A DNA stretch of 64,000 nucleotides from Mobula hypostoma. Its lineage: Eukaryota. The translations under genes and the position numbers were made by a program. The stretch spans positions 74,402,001 through 74,466,000 of the forward strand of contig NC_086097.1 in assembly GCF_963921235.1 (NCBI RefSeq), read 5' to 3'. Positions 1-12,399 of this stretch are shown piece by piece; position 1 is the stretch's first letter, and every line of letters begins with the position of its first letter. The notes under the pieces were generated by a model. The model ran no database searches. It saw only the letters and a program-made list of their open reading frames with translations, and was not told the origin of the DNA.

Positions 1-59
1 TGTGTTTCCAACATCACCAGTGTTTTGCTTTTAGATTTTTGGTTTGTTGTTGCATTTGG

Positions 60-600
60 CATACAGGCATCCCAGTATTTATTGCCTGTCCCAAACCACC
101 ATTGAGAAGGTGGTGATAACAGTGCCAATATCTATCAGCTGAAGACACTCTGTCTGTGGTGTGGGGAATCCAGCAATGGTGAGTTACTACTAAGTCAGGA
201 AAGGGTGCAGTTTAAAGTGAAGTATACGGGTGATGATGTTACCATATTCCCAGCAACCTTTATTTCCTTTTGGTGGCACAGGCTGAGGTTTGGGGAAGGC
301 TGTCTACAAGTAACTGTAGTGCATTTTATACATGGTATACTCTGCCATCATGATGCGCCAGTGGGAATAAGTATTTAGGGCGGTGGCTGAAATGACAAGT
401 TAGTGAGTAGTTTTATCCTGAGTGGTAATGAGCTTCTTGAGTGTTGTTTGACCAGAACCGATCCAGGGTATTCCATTAGACTCCTGATGCTTTGTTTTGT
501 GGCAAGTGTTTAGTGTGTAAGGAAATGAGTCGCATACCACACGATGCACAATATCAACCCTGACTATGCAACCTAGAGACAATACTGCGACCACCTGATC
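60..600 (-). mobile_element. Old, decayed CR1-group LINE 3' fragment
   Basis: The terminal motif 'tttattgcctgtcccaaaccaccattgagaaggtggtga' resembles 36930-36970, and its reverse complement resembles 21970-22016. No intact ORF. Confidence 0.5.
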
Positions 601-645
601 AGATTAGATTGGTATAGATGCCTTGCCAAGGATAAATCTTGACAA

Positions 646-778
646 CCAAGAGAAAATCTGCAGATGCTGGAAATCTGAGCAACACACACAAAATGCTGGA
701 GGACCCTTTGACTGCACTCTTTTCCGAGATGCCGCCTGGCCAGCTGAGTTCCTCAAGCATCTTATGTGTGTTGCTCGG
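646..778. mobile_element. Penelope-like element (PLE) 3'-end insertion with two inverted arms
   Basis: Perfect 13-bp direct repeat TAAATCTTGACAA at 633-645 and 779-791 (TSD). The left arm gagcaacacacacaaaatgctggagga is complementary to the right arm tcctcaagcatcttatgtgtgttgctc. Same repeat family as 17282-17750. Confidence 0.85.
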
Positions 779-1682
779 TAAATCTTGACAAATTGATTCT
801 GATGGCAAAATGTCGAAGGAACCCGAGAAATGTTGTTTTCTAACATGATGATTATTTATTAATTTGTTTTCGCTAATAAATCATGTATCTTTCTTGATTC
901 CTTTTTACTGATTTGCCAACTTTCTTAAAAGTAACATCTTGTAAGGTCAGTAAGGTCCACAAGTCATCATGCCTGCAACTAGACAGACAACATTTGAACT
1001 CGTTTGGTATTGACAATCGCCTGCTGATTCCCAATGCCTGCTGGTGAGATGGGGGAGTGGGGTGCATTACAAGTGGATACATACAAAATGAACGGAACCA
1101 CAAAGACACAATACAACATATTCCTCAATCTGGGACAGAATGGGTGTACAGACCAGCAGACCAAACTAAGGAAACTCAGTTACAACTTTACAGTAGTGAT
1201 TAAAGCAATTATAGAAATACATAAATTACGTGCCTCCGATATCTGACTGGAAAACCTCTTAATTGATCTTGAGGGTCCAATCAGAGAGGAAGTTGTGACC
1301 TTCAAGCACATGTGTCCCATAAGCTAACGGGGAGCGACTGCAACAATAACAGAATGTTGACAGCCGAGGCTACTGCTAAAACATCTGCTGTATTCACACA
1401 TCTGAAGACTCTGAGGGAAACAAACCCAAGTCCTTCCGCCAGAATTCACTTTGATGTCTAGATTCTGGGAAAAAAACTCAGAATGGCATTAAGCTGCACT
1501 TGTAGGACATGAGCTCCCAAGACAACTGAACCAGGATGCCCTAGGAATTTAGATCCATAAGCTTTATTTAGCTTCAGTCAAAAAATTCCAATCCTTCTTG
1601 TAATAGATCTGGTCATTTCTTACAAGAAAAGTCCGGTCACCAATTATCATATCCTGGATGCCTTTGTCAGCTCTGATGTCTG

Positions 1683-1919
1683 ATGCCAGAGTTTTCAGGG
1701 AGTGGAAAAGCAATGATGGTGACAGACGGTATCCTTCTTGCATGCAACAGTAATCCCCTGGATTGTGACACATATCCATTTGCTGCTACCATTAAGTGCC
1801 TCTGTATGACAGCTATCAATCTGCTAGTGTACATCTTTGCCAAGAGTTCATTGACTAGATCCACTCAGTTCCACGGAGGGCCTTTATTTGCATCAAAAGT
1901 ACTGGCAGTTGATGGATAA
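1683..1919 (+). mobile_element. Possible highly decayed LTR-retrotransposon integrase fragment
   Basis: The translation YPFAATIKCLCMTAINLLVYIFAKSSLTRSTQFHGGPLFAS loosely resembles the rve core segment (YPFAxP...IFxxFGLPxxIxSDxGxxFxS). The catalytic Asp is not retained. Confidence 0.3.
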
Positions 1920-2749
1920 CTGATTATGAATTGTAGCATGGTTGAAGTGAAGCACGTGACTTCTGGAACAAAAGCAGAAAAGTTTCCATAATTCCAGCAA
2001 ATTAAGATCATAAATCTTGCAATACCGAGCACGATTTTCTTAATTTCCCTCTAATGTCATCTTATAGCACTTAACCAATGTTCACTTCCATTGATTTTGT
2101 TGGAACCACCAGGAAATTTGCTTTGTTCGAGATTTATTATGATTATGGATAGAGCAGCACATGACAACTACAGACAGCCAGGATCTGCCCCTGTTGGCAC
2201 TCAGTGCAGCTGGCCTCCAGTCAGGGAACAGTGCAGCAGACAGTTCACCCGTGAGTTAGGTTGAACTTGAGTTCCACTGCAGTCTCTTCACTGGGCTGAG
2301 CAACAACAGGCAGCTGACATTGAAGCACAAGGTACATTAAATAAACCTGCCAGAAGTGCTACATTATACATTGGTAAAGCAGCGCACAGAAAAAGGCTGT
2401 TGAACTTATCAAGCCTGCTCCATACTTTATTTTGATCCTGCCTTTTTTGTGGCCTGTTTTTGTGCACCCAGTTTTACCCGAGAGCCGTTAATTCTGCAGG
2501 TTAACATAAGGGTTGAGTTAACATTGATCCAACAACAAATGCTTTTGTGGAGGTGGTTCAGACTCCTCCCGCATCTTAAGTTGAAATGTTTCCAAAGACT
2601 TGGCCTTCATTTTAAGTCAATGATACCCAACATTTATCTAAAACACTCTGCCAGTGGAGGTAGTCTTTGTAGAGTCCAGAATAACTTGTAGCCCTTGTAT
2701 TTTTATAAAGGGACCACCACTACTGTGCTACTTTTGAAGAAATCAATAT

Positions 2750-3450
2750 ATTTTCATGATATTTCCTTGACCTCTGTGCAAAAACCCCCAACATCATTTC
2801 GGATCCCCATTGCTTCAAATTTTTCACCATATAGAAAATGGATGAGCTCTCATTTTCCTGCAATTGCCTACCTCTCTATAATGTCATGTTTCTACTCATC
2901 TTGTTTCCAAGCTCTCCTTTTTCTTTATCAGCAAGCTTGGATAGGTGACTTCCCCTTTTTCACTCACTTATAAATATACAATGAATACATGCAGTCACAA
3001 CACAATCCTTGCATATGCACTGGTCACATACTGCCAACATGAGCACCTCGTTGTCACTCAGATCTCTGCTCTTGCTGCTCAGTCAAGTTCCTAATCAGGT
3101 CAATAATGTGACTTTAGTTTTATAAGCTTCAGCTTTTAGTAACTTTCTTTCATGAAGGACTTTACCAAATGCCTTCAGATATCCTGATAAATAACATTTC
3201 TGGACATTTTCTTGTCCATTACTTCTGGCAATTCTTCAAAAAAATTCATCAGGCATGCTATAACCTGTATAAAATTATGCTGACTTTCTCTCATCATCTG
3301 TCTCAAGTTGTCAAGATGTTCCATTGCTGTCCTTAATTATAGACCTGTAATACTCCAACAAATGTAGGGTTGACTGATCTATAAGTCCCTTGTCTCAGCC
3401 AATCACCTCTCTGGGTGAATGAGTGACATCACAATTTTCAGTCCAACAAG
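2750..3450 (-). mobile_element. Old CR1 LINE ORF2 remnant
   Basis: 'aaggactttaccaaatgccttc' near 3155-3176 reads KAFGKV on the minus strand, a decayed KAFDKV RT motif. Surrounding sequence is CR1-like. Confidence 0.45.
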
Positions 3451-3487
3451 GAATTGCTCCAGATTCAAGAAAACTTTGAAACATCAT

Positions 3488-4168
3488 AGATTAGATTAGA
3501 ATATGAGGGCACTTAGTCCTCGTTTATTGTCATTTAGAAATGCATGCATTAAAAAATGATACGATGTTTCTCCAGTATGATATCACAGAAACACAAGACA
3601 GACCAAGACTAAAACTGACAAAAACCACATAATTATAACATATAGTTACAACAGTGCAAAACAATACCATAATTTGATAAGAGCAGACCATGGGCAAGGT
3701 AAAAAAAAGTCTCAAAATCCCGATAGCCCCAACATCTCACGCAGACGGTAGAAGGAAGAAACTCTCCCTGCCATGAGCTTCCAGCGCCGCAAACTTGCCA
3801 ATGTAGCATCCTGGAAGCACCCAACCACAGTCCGACTCTGAGTCCGTCGGAAAACTTCGAGCCTCTGACCAGCCCTCCGACACCGAGCACCGAGTACCAT
3901 CTCTGACGAGCGCTTCGACCCCGACCCAGCCGCCAAGTAAACAGGCAAAGCCGAGGATTCAGGGCCTTCCCTTCCAGAGATTTCGGATCACACAGTAGCA
4001 GCGGCAGCGAAGCAGGCATTTCAGAAGTTTCTCCAGATGTTCTTCCGTGCTCTCACGTCTGCCTCCATCAAATCAGAATTGTGCACGGCATCCTACTTAA
4101 CAGTTTACAGATAGTCACCACCAGAGAGGCCGCGCGTGCTACATCGCGCCGCCATCTTCTCCTCTTCC
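3488..4168 (-). mobile_element. Non-autonomous element with Rex1/Babar-type ends
   Basis: On the minus strand it starts with GC-rich gaggagaagatggcggcgcga and ends with atgacaataaac plus a short tandem tail (tctaa)n, similar to the Rex1 3' ends in this window. The interior is CpG-rich with no RT ORF. Confidence 0.55.
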
Positions 4169-4260
4169 TAAAGGCTTAATTAAGCCTTTTAACAATTTGA
4201 CTCTGATTCAAGTTATTTGTCACTCTTCAGGACCAATACTTTCTTGATTATTATAACTGT

Positions 4261-4387
4261 GTCCTGCCGAAGGGTCTCGGCCCAAAACACTGACTGTACT
4301 CTTTCCATAGATTCTGCCTGGCCTGCTGAGTTCCTCCAGTATTTTGTGTGTTGCTCGGATTGCCAGTATCTGCAGATTTTCTCTTGC
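4261..4387 (+). mobile_element. Short PLE 3' unit with degenerate hammerhead ribozyme
   Basis: gtc-ctgccga-agggtctcggccc-aaaac-act-gactg at 4261-4296, followed by the family tail (gcctggcctgctgagttcctccag...tctgcagattttctcttg). Confidence 0.85.
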
Positions 4388-4909
4388 TTACAATTATGTC
4401 ATGTTGATTTTGGTCTTGGTTCTAAGTAATCACATTTAGAGAGACCTACATTTCAGCTGACCCAACATTTTCTTTAAATACAATTGTCTAATGATTTTGT
4501 GTTAATTTTTATATTCCTTGTAAATGTGTATTTATTCCCATTTCGTAGCTTTTCCTTTCTCGGAAACATTGTGTTAGCTTGGTATCTTGTGTTTCTTTTA
4601 ATGATTTGTCCTTGGCTATCTTTGGATGTATATTTTGATATGTGGATCTCTTATTGCTTCGGGGAATAAACTGGTCATGGACTTGGTTAAATTCCTTGCT
4701 CACACCATTCATTAATTGGTTTGCCTACTTAACCTGGCATAGTCCCCAACCTGAAAACTTGTCCTCAAATTAGTAGAGCTAAACCCACAAAATATTGGGT
4801 TCTGCAGATTCTGCACCATTTTTATACCTTAATTCTTTATGTCAGATACACTAAATGTGCTATTAAGTTTTGGTAGGAATGTTACAACAGGATGGAAACT
4901 AATTATTGA

Positions 4910-5030
4910 CATGCAAGAGACTCTTCATGCTAGAATCTGGAGCAATAAATAAACTGCTAGCGGATAAAGCAGCGTCTGTGGAGGGAAAGGAATTGTTGAC
5001 ATTTCGGGTCAAAATCTTATATCAGAACTA
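4910..5030 (-). mobile_element. Older short PLE unit with degenerate hammerhead
   Basis: The minus strand reads agttctgatataagattttgacccgaaatgtcaac, and the tail resembles the other copies. Confidence 0.6.
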
Positions 5031-5879
5031 ATTGTGGACATTCCCCCATTGTCTCACAACAAAGGCTGTGACTTAAAACTTCCTTTTCACTTTTCTATTT
5101 ACCAAAGGAAAGTGAAGTTAGTAATTAAACAGATAATTCCCATTTACTTTATAAGGATATAAAGGTGTTTTCAAAGAAAGAATTATCCATCTTCTGTTGT
5201 GTGAAATTAAATTGATCAGTTTGTAGTTTATTTATTTGCTAAGCAGAAAATCTTAGCTGTAGGTTTTTACTTTGTCATGGATTGTACAATGTTGTTTTAT
5301 TCATAGTGTAGAGCTGAAGTTATGTGCTTTCCTGGTCATTAACATGCAGTTAATTCTACAACTCTATTGTTTCATCCAAACTTTTTGTATCTAATCCCAC
5401 CTATCTCAGATTTGCATCTGTTCAGGTCGTTCTACTGATGCATTGCTTTTTCAAGCTACTGTACAAATGATGTCAAATTGTTGCATTAGTTATAAAATAT
5501 GCAAAAACCCATCGTGTGGTGTATGAGCAATCAAGGATAATCCTCCATAAATCAAACTCAGCCTTGTGAGCTCACTGTATTCCCTGCATTTTGCCCTGCA
5601 CACTCTGCAAGTTACTTCTTTCACAAGGAACAAATTCTACGCAGGTGACAAGAATAGAGTTGAAAAAAATGCAGCTAACAGAAGGTAGTGAAGTTGTCAA
5701 ATTTATATTTGTGGTGATGGGGTTAGTCAGAATAAAGCTAACATGCATCCTGCATATGATGCACTTACAACTGGAGGACCGGAGAATTAAAGGTAAATGC
5801 ATCGAATCATCAAGCCGCCTAACTGTTAAAAGAGGGAAAAATTTGCACCAGATTTAAAAAGCATGTGTGGCCTGTCAGG

Positions 5880-7260
5880 GTTTTCTTGAGCAGCCATTGT
5901 GGGAGCGGGCCAGTGTCAGAGTGAGGAACAGAGGCTTTGGCTGAAGAGTATTCGGTGAGAGGCAGAAGATAGGTTGCAGTTTGTATCAAGTTCTCTTTCT
6001 TTCCTTATTAGTGCCTAGCTAGAGTAATGAGAATGATCCCAGGTCAGTGTGGTGTGCTTTTTCAAAGATTCAAAAGAAACTTTATTGTCATTCTAACCAT
6101 ACATCAGCTCTGCAGGGCAGAATGAGACAGCGCTTCTCAGGGGCAGTGCAATCATAACATAACAAACGCAACACTATATAATGAACATAACAATAAATAG
6201 TAAAACACAACAGCCACATGTCAGTTAAAATCAGTTATAAGTGTCCAGTGCAAGTTAAAAGTGTCAAAAGCAGAGTCAGGTGGAGCAGCTATTTAGCAGT
6301 CTGACTGCCTGTGGGAGGAAGCTGTTTAGTAGCCTTGTGGTTTTAGTTTTGATGCTCCTGTAACGTTTGCCTGATGGCAGAAGAACAAACAGTTCATGGA
6401 GAGGGTGTGAGGGGTCTTTAATGATGTATCGTGTCTTCTAGAGGCATCGACTCTGAAAGAGGTCTTGGACAGAAGGTAGGGAGACCCCAATAACCACCCT
6501 CTGCAAGGCTTTTTTGTCGACAGCACTGCAGCTGGAGTACCAGGTTGTGATGCAAAAGGTCAGCACATTCTCAACCACGCCTCTGTAGAATGTAGTTAAG
6601 ATGTTAGTGGGGAGTGATGCTTGTTTAAGCTTCCTCAGAAAGTGCAATCTCTGCTGGGCCCGTTTCACAATCCCAGTGGTGTTCCTGGACCAGGTGAGAT
6701 TGTCCGAGATCTGCACCCCAAGGAACTTGATGTTTTCCACTCTCATGAAAGATGTGGGAGATCTCAAAGGCCTACAGTTTCCTTGATTACTAACTCTGTA
6801 AAAGTACATCTTGGTGCAGTTCTTTACATATTGTGATAGAGAACTGGAGCTGCAGCTGGACGACCTTAGGTTCCTTCCGGAGAATGAGGAGGTGATAGAT
6901 AAGAGCAACAGGGACGTAGTCTCACCTGAGTTGCAGGAGGCAAGTAGCTGTGTTTCTGTCAGGAATGGGAAAGGGGATGGGAAGACTGTGCAGAGAACCC
7001 CCATTGGTGTTTCCTCTCAATAACAAGTATACTAGTTTGAATACTGTTGGGTGAAGGAGAAAACCTACCAAGGGAAAGGCCCAGAGATCATGTCTCTGGC
7101 AATGAGTCTGGCTCTGTTGCTCAGAAGGGAGAGGTGTAGAAGAGTATAGCAGTGTTGATAGGGGATTCAATAAATTAGGGGTTAAGTGGGGAGATGATAT
7201 GGATGTGAAAGAAACTACTGAATGACATGTTGCCTTCCAGGTGTCCGGAAAGCAACATAC
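5880..7260 (+). mobile_element. CR1 LINE 5' UTR/ORF1 fragment, interrupted by Rex1 at 6062-6745
   Basis: RELELQLDDLR leucine-zipper segment (ORF 6811-7023), followed by esterase-like motifs AVLIGDS (about 7149-7170) and CCLPG (about 7228-7243), typical of CR1 ORF1. Confidence 0.7.
6062..6745 (-). mobile_element. Rex1/Babar LINE, 5'-truncated 3' end
   Basis: ORF 6438-7004 contains KFLGVQISDNLTWSRNT...KRAQQRLHFLRKLK...FYRGVVENVLTFCITTWY. The 3' UTR ends in atgacaataaag. Confidence 0.9.
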
Positions 7261-7327
7261 CATCTGGCAGTCTCTTTCACGTTCATAGCATATCCTCTCT
7301 TTTCCCCTAACTACAGAGCCAGGTTAA

Positions 7328-7562
7328 AGATATAAGACCATAAGATATAGGAGCAGAAGTAGGCCATTCAGCCCATTGAGTCTACTCTGTCGTTCAGTCA
7401 TGGACTGATCCAGTTCTTCCAGTCTCCAGTGTCCCCAGTCCCCTGCTTTCTCCCCATACCCTTTGATGCCCTGGCTAATCAAGAACCTATCTATCTCTGC
7501 CTTAAATACACCCAATGACTTGGCCTCCACAGCTGCCTGTGCCAATGAATTCCACAGATTTA
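7328..7562 (-). mobile_element. CR1 LINE 3' tail
   Basis: NLWNSLAQAAVEAKSLGVFKAEIDRFL C-terminus, followed by the CR1 3' UTR and tail (cctactTctgctcctatatcttatggtcttat). Confidence 0.9.
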
Positions 7563-9030
7563 TAAGTGAACAGTCCAACCAGTTGATCGGCACAGGTCTT
7601 TAGTAGTTGGTAAGGTGCCCCGTCTGGGCTGGATTTCCATGGATTCACCCTCCTGAAGGATGCTCTTACATTCGCCTCAGACACTGAAATCACAGGGTCA
7701 TTGGGGCTGTGGGAGTTCATGAAGGTTCCTCCAAGTTTTGATGGTCAAAGCAAGCATAGAAGGTATTGAGCTCATCTAGGAACAAAGCCTTGCTGTCATC
7801 TATGTCGCTTGGTTTCACTTTGTAAGAAGTAATAGCATTCATGCCCTGCCACAGCTGTCAAGCATCCTACAGTGACTTAAGTTTGGTCTGGAATAGCCAC
7901 GTTGCAAGTGAGATGGCTTTCTGGGGATCATACCTGGACCTTTTGTATCTTACTTGGTTGCCAGACCTGAATGCCACTGATCTGGCCCTTAGCAGATTGT
8001 GGATCTCATGGTTTATCCAGGGCTTCTGATTGGAGAAAACTCTGAATGATTTTGTGGGGACACACTCACCCACAACTGGTGGTGTGAGTCCTGAGGGTCC
8101 TGCCCCTTCTTCCAGTCAGTATACTGTGTTCACTCAGATCATCTGATGAGTCCTTGATAACAGCCCAGTCCACTGACTCGAAAACAATTCTGTAATCGTT
8201 CTCTGCCTCTCACAACCATCTCTTTGTTTTCCTATCTTTGGAGCCTTGCTCTTTAGCACCTGCTTGTATGAGCATAGGAAAATGACAACCACATAATCAG
8301 ATTTCCTGAAATGCAGTCTAGGCATGGAATGGGAGGCATTCCCAATTTTCTTATAGCAGTGGTCTAGTGTGTTGGGATACTTGGTGCTGCAGGTTATATG
8401 CTGATAATAATTGGGCAGAAATTTCTTCAAACAAACCTGACTGAAGTCCGTGACTATTATTTGAAATGCATCAGGGTGGGCAGTTTCTCATTTGGTGATG
8501 ACAGCATTCAATATATCAAGTGCCTGGATAACATTACCTTTTGGCGGTATGTAAACTGTGGTCAGGATCATGGAGAACTCTCTTGGTAAGTAGCCCAATC
8601 GACACGCAATCATTAACATGAGAAGGTCTGCAGATGCTGGAAATACAAACCAACACATTTAAAATGCTGGAGGAACTCAGCAGATAAGGCAGCATCTATG
8701 GAAATGAATAGATAGTTGACGTTTTGAGTTGAGACCCTTTTTCAGCACTTAATCATCACAAGAGTGTGACAAGAACAAGACTGCTGCATCCAAGCATCAA
8801 AGCGTGTTTATCATGAAACACAGACCCCCACATTTTGCCTTCTTAAATCCTCAGTTTGGTCCCACCTTTGTCTCGAGAATCCCTCGGGACTGATCGCCAA
8901 ATCCATCGTGTTCGGAATGAGTCATGTCTCCACAAAACACAGAATACGGCAATTCCTCATTTCCCTCTGATACAGCAATCTTGCTCTTAAGTCCTTAGTC
9001 TTGTTCTCCAGTGACTGTATATTTGCTAAT
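7563..9030 (-). mobile_element. Rex1/Babar LINE endonuclease/linker fragment, with a PLE inserted at 8615-8749
   Basis: Collinear segments: LANIQSLENK (about 9000-9030), NYYQHITCSTKYPNTLDHCY, FSNQKPWINHEIHNLLRARS, NVRASFRRVNP...LKTCADQL. Confidence 0.85.
8615..8749 (-). mobile_element. Short PLE 3' unit with degenerate hammerhead
   Basis: The minus strand reads agtg-ctgaaaa-agggtctcaactc-aaaac-gtc-aact, followed by the family tail. Confidence 0.85.
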
Positions 9031-9034
9031 TAGA

Positions 9035-11785
9035 GACAGTATTATACCCTATGAAAGGGAGGGTGTCATGGAGGGATCATCTGCTGAGTCAGTTGGGATG
9101 GAAGTCAGAAAACGGAAGAAGGTATTTATAGATCATACAATAACAGAGGTACTGAGAGCAGATTGAGGGGCAGATTTTGGAAATGTGCAAAAATAACATG
9201 CTTGTTGTCATGGGAGATTTCAACTTCCTTACTATTGATTGGCTCCTTCAAAAGATTTGGATGGGATGGAATTTATTGGATGTGTCTTAGAAGGTTCGTG
9301 AAACAATATGCAGACAAGTCAACTGGAGGAGAGGCCATGCTGGATCTTGTGCTAGGCAATAAAATGGTCAGATGAGTTATCTGTGTGGGTGGGCTTTTGG
9401 AGACTGTGACCACAACTCCCTGACCCCTATAATAGCCTTGGACAGGGATAGGAGCAGATGGTATATATAAGTATTTAATTGACAGGGAATGAATTATAAT
9501 GTTATTGACCATGAATCTGGGAGTGTAAATTGGGAACAGATGCACTTGGAAATGCTCAACAGAAATGTGGAGCTTGTTTAGGGAGCACTTGGATGGGGGT
9601 CTGGATAGATTTATCCCACTGAGGCAGGGAAAGGATGATCGAGTGAAGGAACCATTGCTGACAAGAGATATTTAGCCTAGAGGAAGAAATAAGCTTACTT
9701 ATGGCTTCGAAAGCAAGGATGAGACAGGACTGTAGAGAGTTACAAGGTAGCCAGGAAGGAGCTTCAGAATGGACTTAATAGAGTTGAATGAGACATGGGA
9801 ATGCCTTGGCAAGTAGGAATAAGGAAAACTCCAAGGCTTTTTACATATATCTGAAGAATAGGAAGTTAACTAGAGTAAGGGTAGGACTGATCAGGGATAG
9901 AAAGGGAAACCTGCTTGGAATCAGAGAAGATATTGAAGGTCCTTAATGAATACTTTGCTACAATATTCACCATTGAGGGGGACCTGGAATGTAACGTCAG
10001 CGTAAAACAGTCTGATGTGCTGGCACATGTTCCTGTAAGAGGATATACTGGAACTTAAGAAAAAGTAGGGTAGATAAATCCCTTGGGCTGAATGGGATAT
10101 GTGCAGATTAGTTTGGGAAGCAAAGGAAGAGATTGCTGCACCTTTGTCGATGATCTTTGAGTCTTCACTGGCCGCAGTATTAGTACCAGAGGACTGAGGG
10201 TGGCAAATGTTATTCCTTTGTTCTAGAAAGGTAATGGATCATCATGTGAATTAAAGACCAGTGATTCTTATGTCAGTGGTGGGCAAACTATTCGAGAAGG
10301 TTCTTACAGATAGGATTTATGAGCATTTGGAGAAGCATAGTCTGATTAGGGGTAGTCAAGAAGTGGAAGTGTGAGTTACCAAGTTTGCAGATGAGAAGGT
10401 TGGTGGTGTTGTGGATAGTGTGAATTATAGTTGTAGGTTACAAGACATTGATAGGATGCAGAGCTGGGCTGAGAAGTGGCAGATGGAGTTCAATCCAGAA
10501 GTGAAGTGATTCCCTTTGAAGGTTGAACTTGTAGGCAGCATGCAGGGTGAATGGCAGGATTGTGAGAGGCAGGTCATGCGGCACAAGCTTGATTGAATTA
10601 TTTGAGAATGTGACAAAACAAATTGATAATGGTTGAGCAGAGGATGTGGTGTATATAGGTTTAGTAAGGTGTTTGACAAGATTCCCCATGGTAGACTCAA
10701 AGGGAAAGTTATGAGGCATGTGATCCAGGGAATCTTGGCTGCATGGATTCCAAATTGGCTGCCCACAAGAGGCACAGAGTGGTAAGAGATGGAGTGTATT
10801 CAGCCTGAAGGTTGGTATCCACAGGGATCCGTTCTGACACCCTTGCACTTTGTGAATTTGTATAAATTACTTGGATGAAGAAATGGAAGTGTGAGTTACC
10901 AAGTTTGCAGATGAGAAGGTTGGTGGTGTTGTGGATAGTGTGAATTATAGTTGTAGGTTACAACAAGGCATTGATAGGATGCAGAGCTGGGCTGTGAAGT
11001 GGCAGATGGAGTTCAATCCAGAAATATGTGCAGTGATACCCTTTGAAGGTTGAACTTGAAAGCAGCATGCAGGGTGAATGGCGGGATTCTTAGCAGATTG
11101 AGGCAACAGAGGGATTTTGCAGTCCACATCAATAGATCCTTCAAAGATGAAGCACAAGTTGATTGTGTGGTTTAGAAGGTGTAAGGTTTATTGGCCTTTA
11201 TTAGTCGGGGAATTGAGTGCAAGAGCCTTGAGGTAATGTTGCAGCTCTATAAAACTCTGATTAGACCTCACTTGGATTATTGTATTCTGTTCTGGTCTAC
11301 TCATTATAGGAAAGATGTGGAAACTTTAGAGCGGATGCGGAGGAGGTTTACCAGAATGCGACCTGAATGAGAGGGAATGTCCAATGAAGATAGATTGAGC
11401 AAGCTTGGAACTTTCTCATTTGAGTGAATGAGGATGACAGGTGACTTAATAGAGGTGTACAGGATGATAAAAGGCATAGATCAAGTGACAGCCAGAGACT
11501 TCTTCCCATTGCAGGAATGGCTTATTATGAGGGGGCATAATTTTATTATAATTGCAGGTAAATATAGCGGGGATGTCCAGGGTAATTTTCTTACATAGAG
11601 AGTTGTAGGCATGTGGAACATGTTGCCAGAGGCGGTGGTAGAGCAGAAACATTAGAGACATTTCAGAGACTCACATGGATGAAAGAAAATTGGAGGGTTA
11701 TGTGGGAGAGAATGATTAAATTGATCTGAGAGCAGGCCAGCAAATTGTAGGCCAGATGGTCGGTACTGTGTTGTACCATTCTGCA
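9035..11785 (+). mobile_element. Long decayed CR1 LINE ORF2 (endonuclease to 3' UTR)
   Basis: Motifs include AMLDLVLGN, KVFDKIPHGRL, VPQGSVL-like (gtatccacagggatccgttctg), KFADE, WAEKWQMEFN and LYKTLIRPHLDYC, plus the CR1 3' UTR. Many frameshifts. Confidence 0.92.
10358..10561 (+). repeat. Out-of-register copy of 10878-11088 inserted upstream in the same CR1
   Basis: Both places contain tggaagtgtgagttaccaagtttgcagatgagaaggttggtggtgttgtggatagtgtgaattatagttgtaggttacaa and continue to match until gtgaatggc.ggatt. Confidence 0.92.
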
Positions 11786-12399
11786 TGTGTTGTATATTCT
11801 AGTAGAAGGTGGCAGCTCAAACTCAAACCATCTACACCAGGAGTACTGGAGTTTATATAAAATGCAGGAACCCCTCAGCTCGGATAATGGATGCAAGAAG
11901 ATGTTTCTCCAGTCAAACAATATTATTCAAGTAGAGGCTGAGGGGAATTAGTGTCTGTAGAAAATCAGGCTGTACAAGTACTGTATGCAAGAACATGGGA
12001 GCAGAGATTGCCTTGGAATTTTCTGCCACTTTAGCAGACATCCTGGTGTCACTCACAAAAAAAGATGATAATGAGTTGATGGCCAGATTGCAGAATCAAT
12101 CAAACCAAGCACATGTAGAGATAGTAGAAAGTTATGAATTCAAGGTTAGGAACCAAAGGCAGGTAAGATCATTAGTGATTAAGTAGCATTAAAGAATTTA
12201 TCGCAACAGTGTAACTTTGACACTTAAACTGAGCACAAGGTTATGTGTTTCAGACAGATTCAATCCAATTATTTAATATGTGAGATATTACATTTGATCA
12301 TGCATACAAAATCATCACTTGATAGCAAAGGCTTCTGAAAGTGACAAAGGATTTCAGTGAATGCAATGAATGAACTACAGCAGCAGCAAGAGACGAGTT

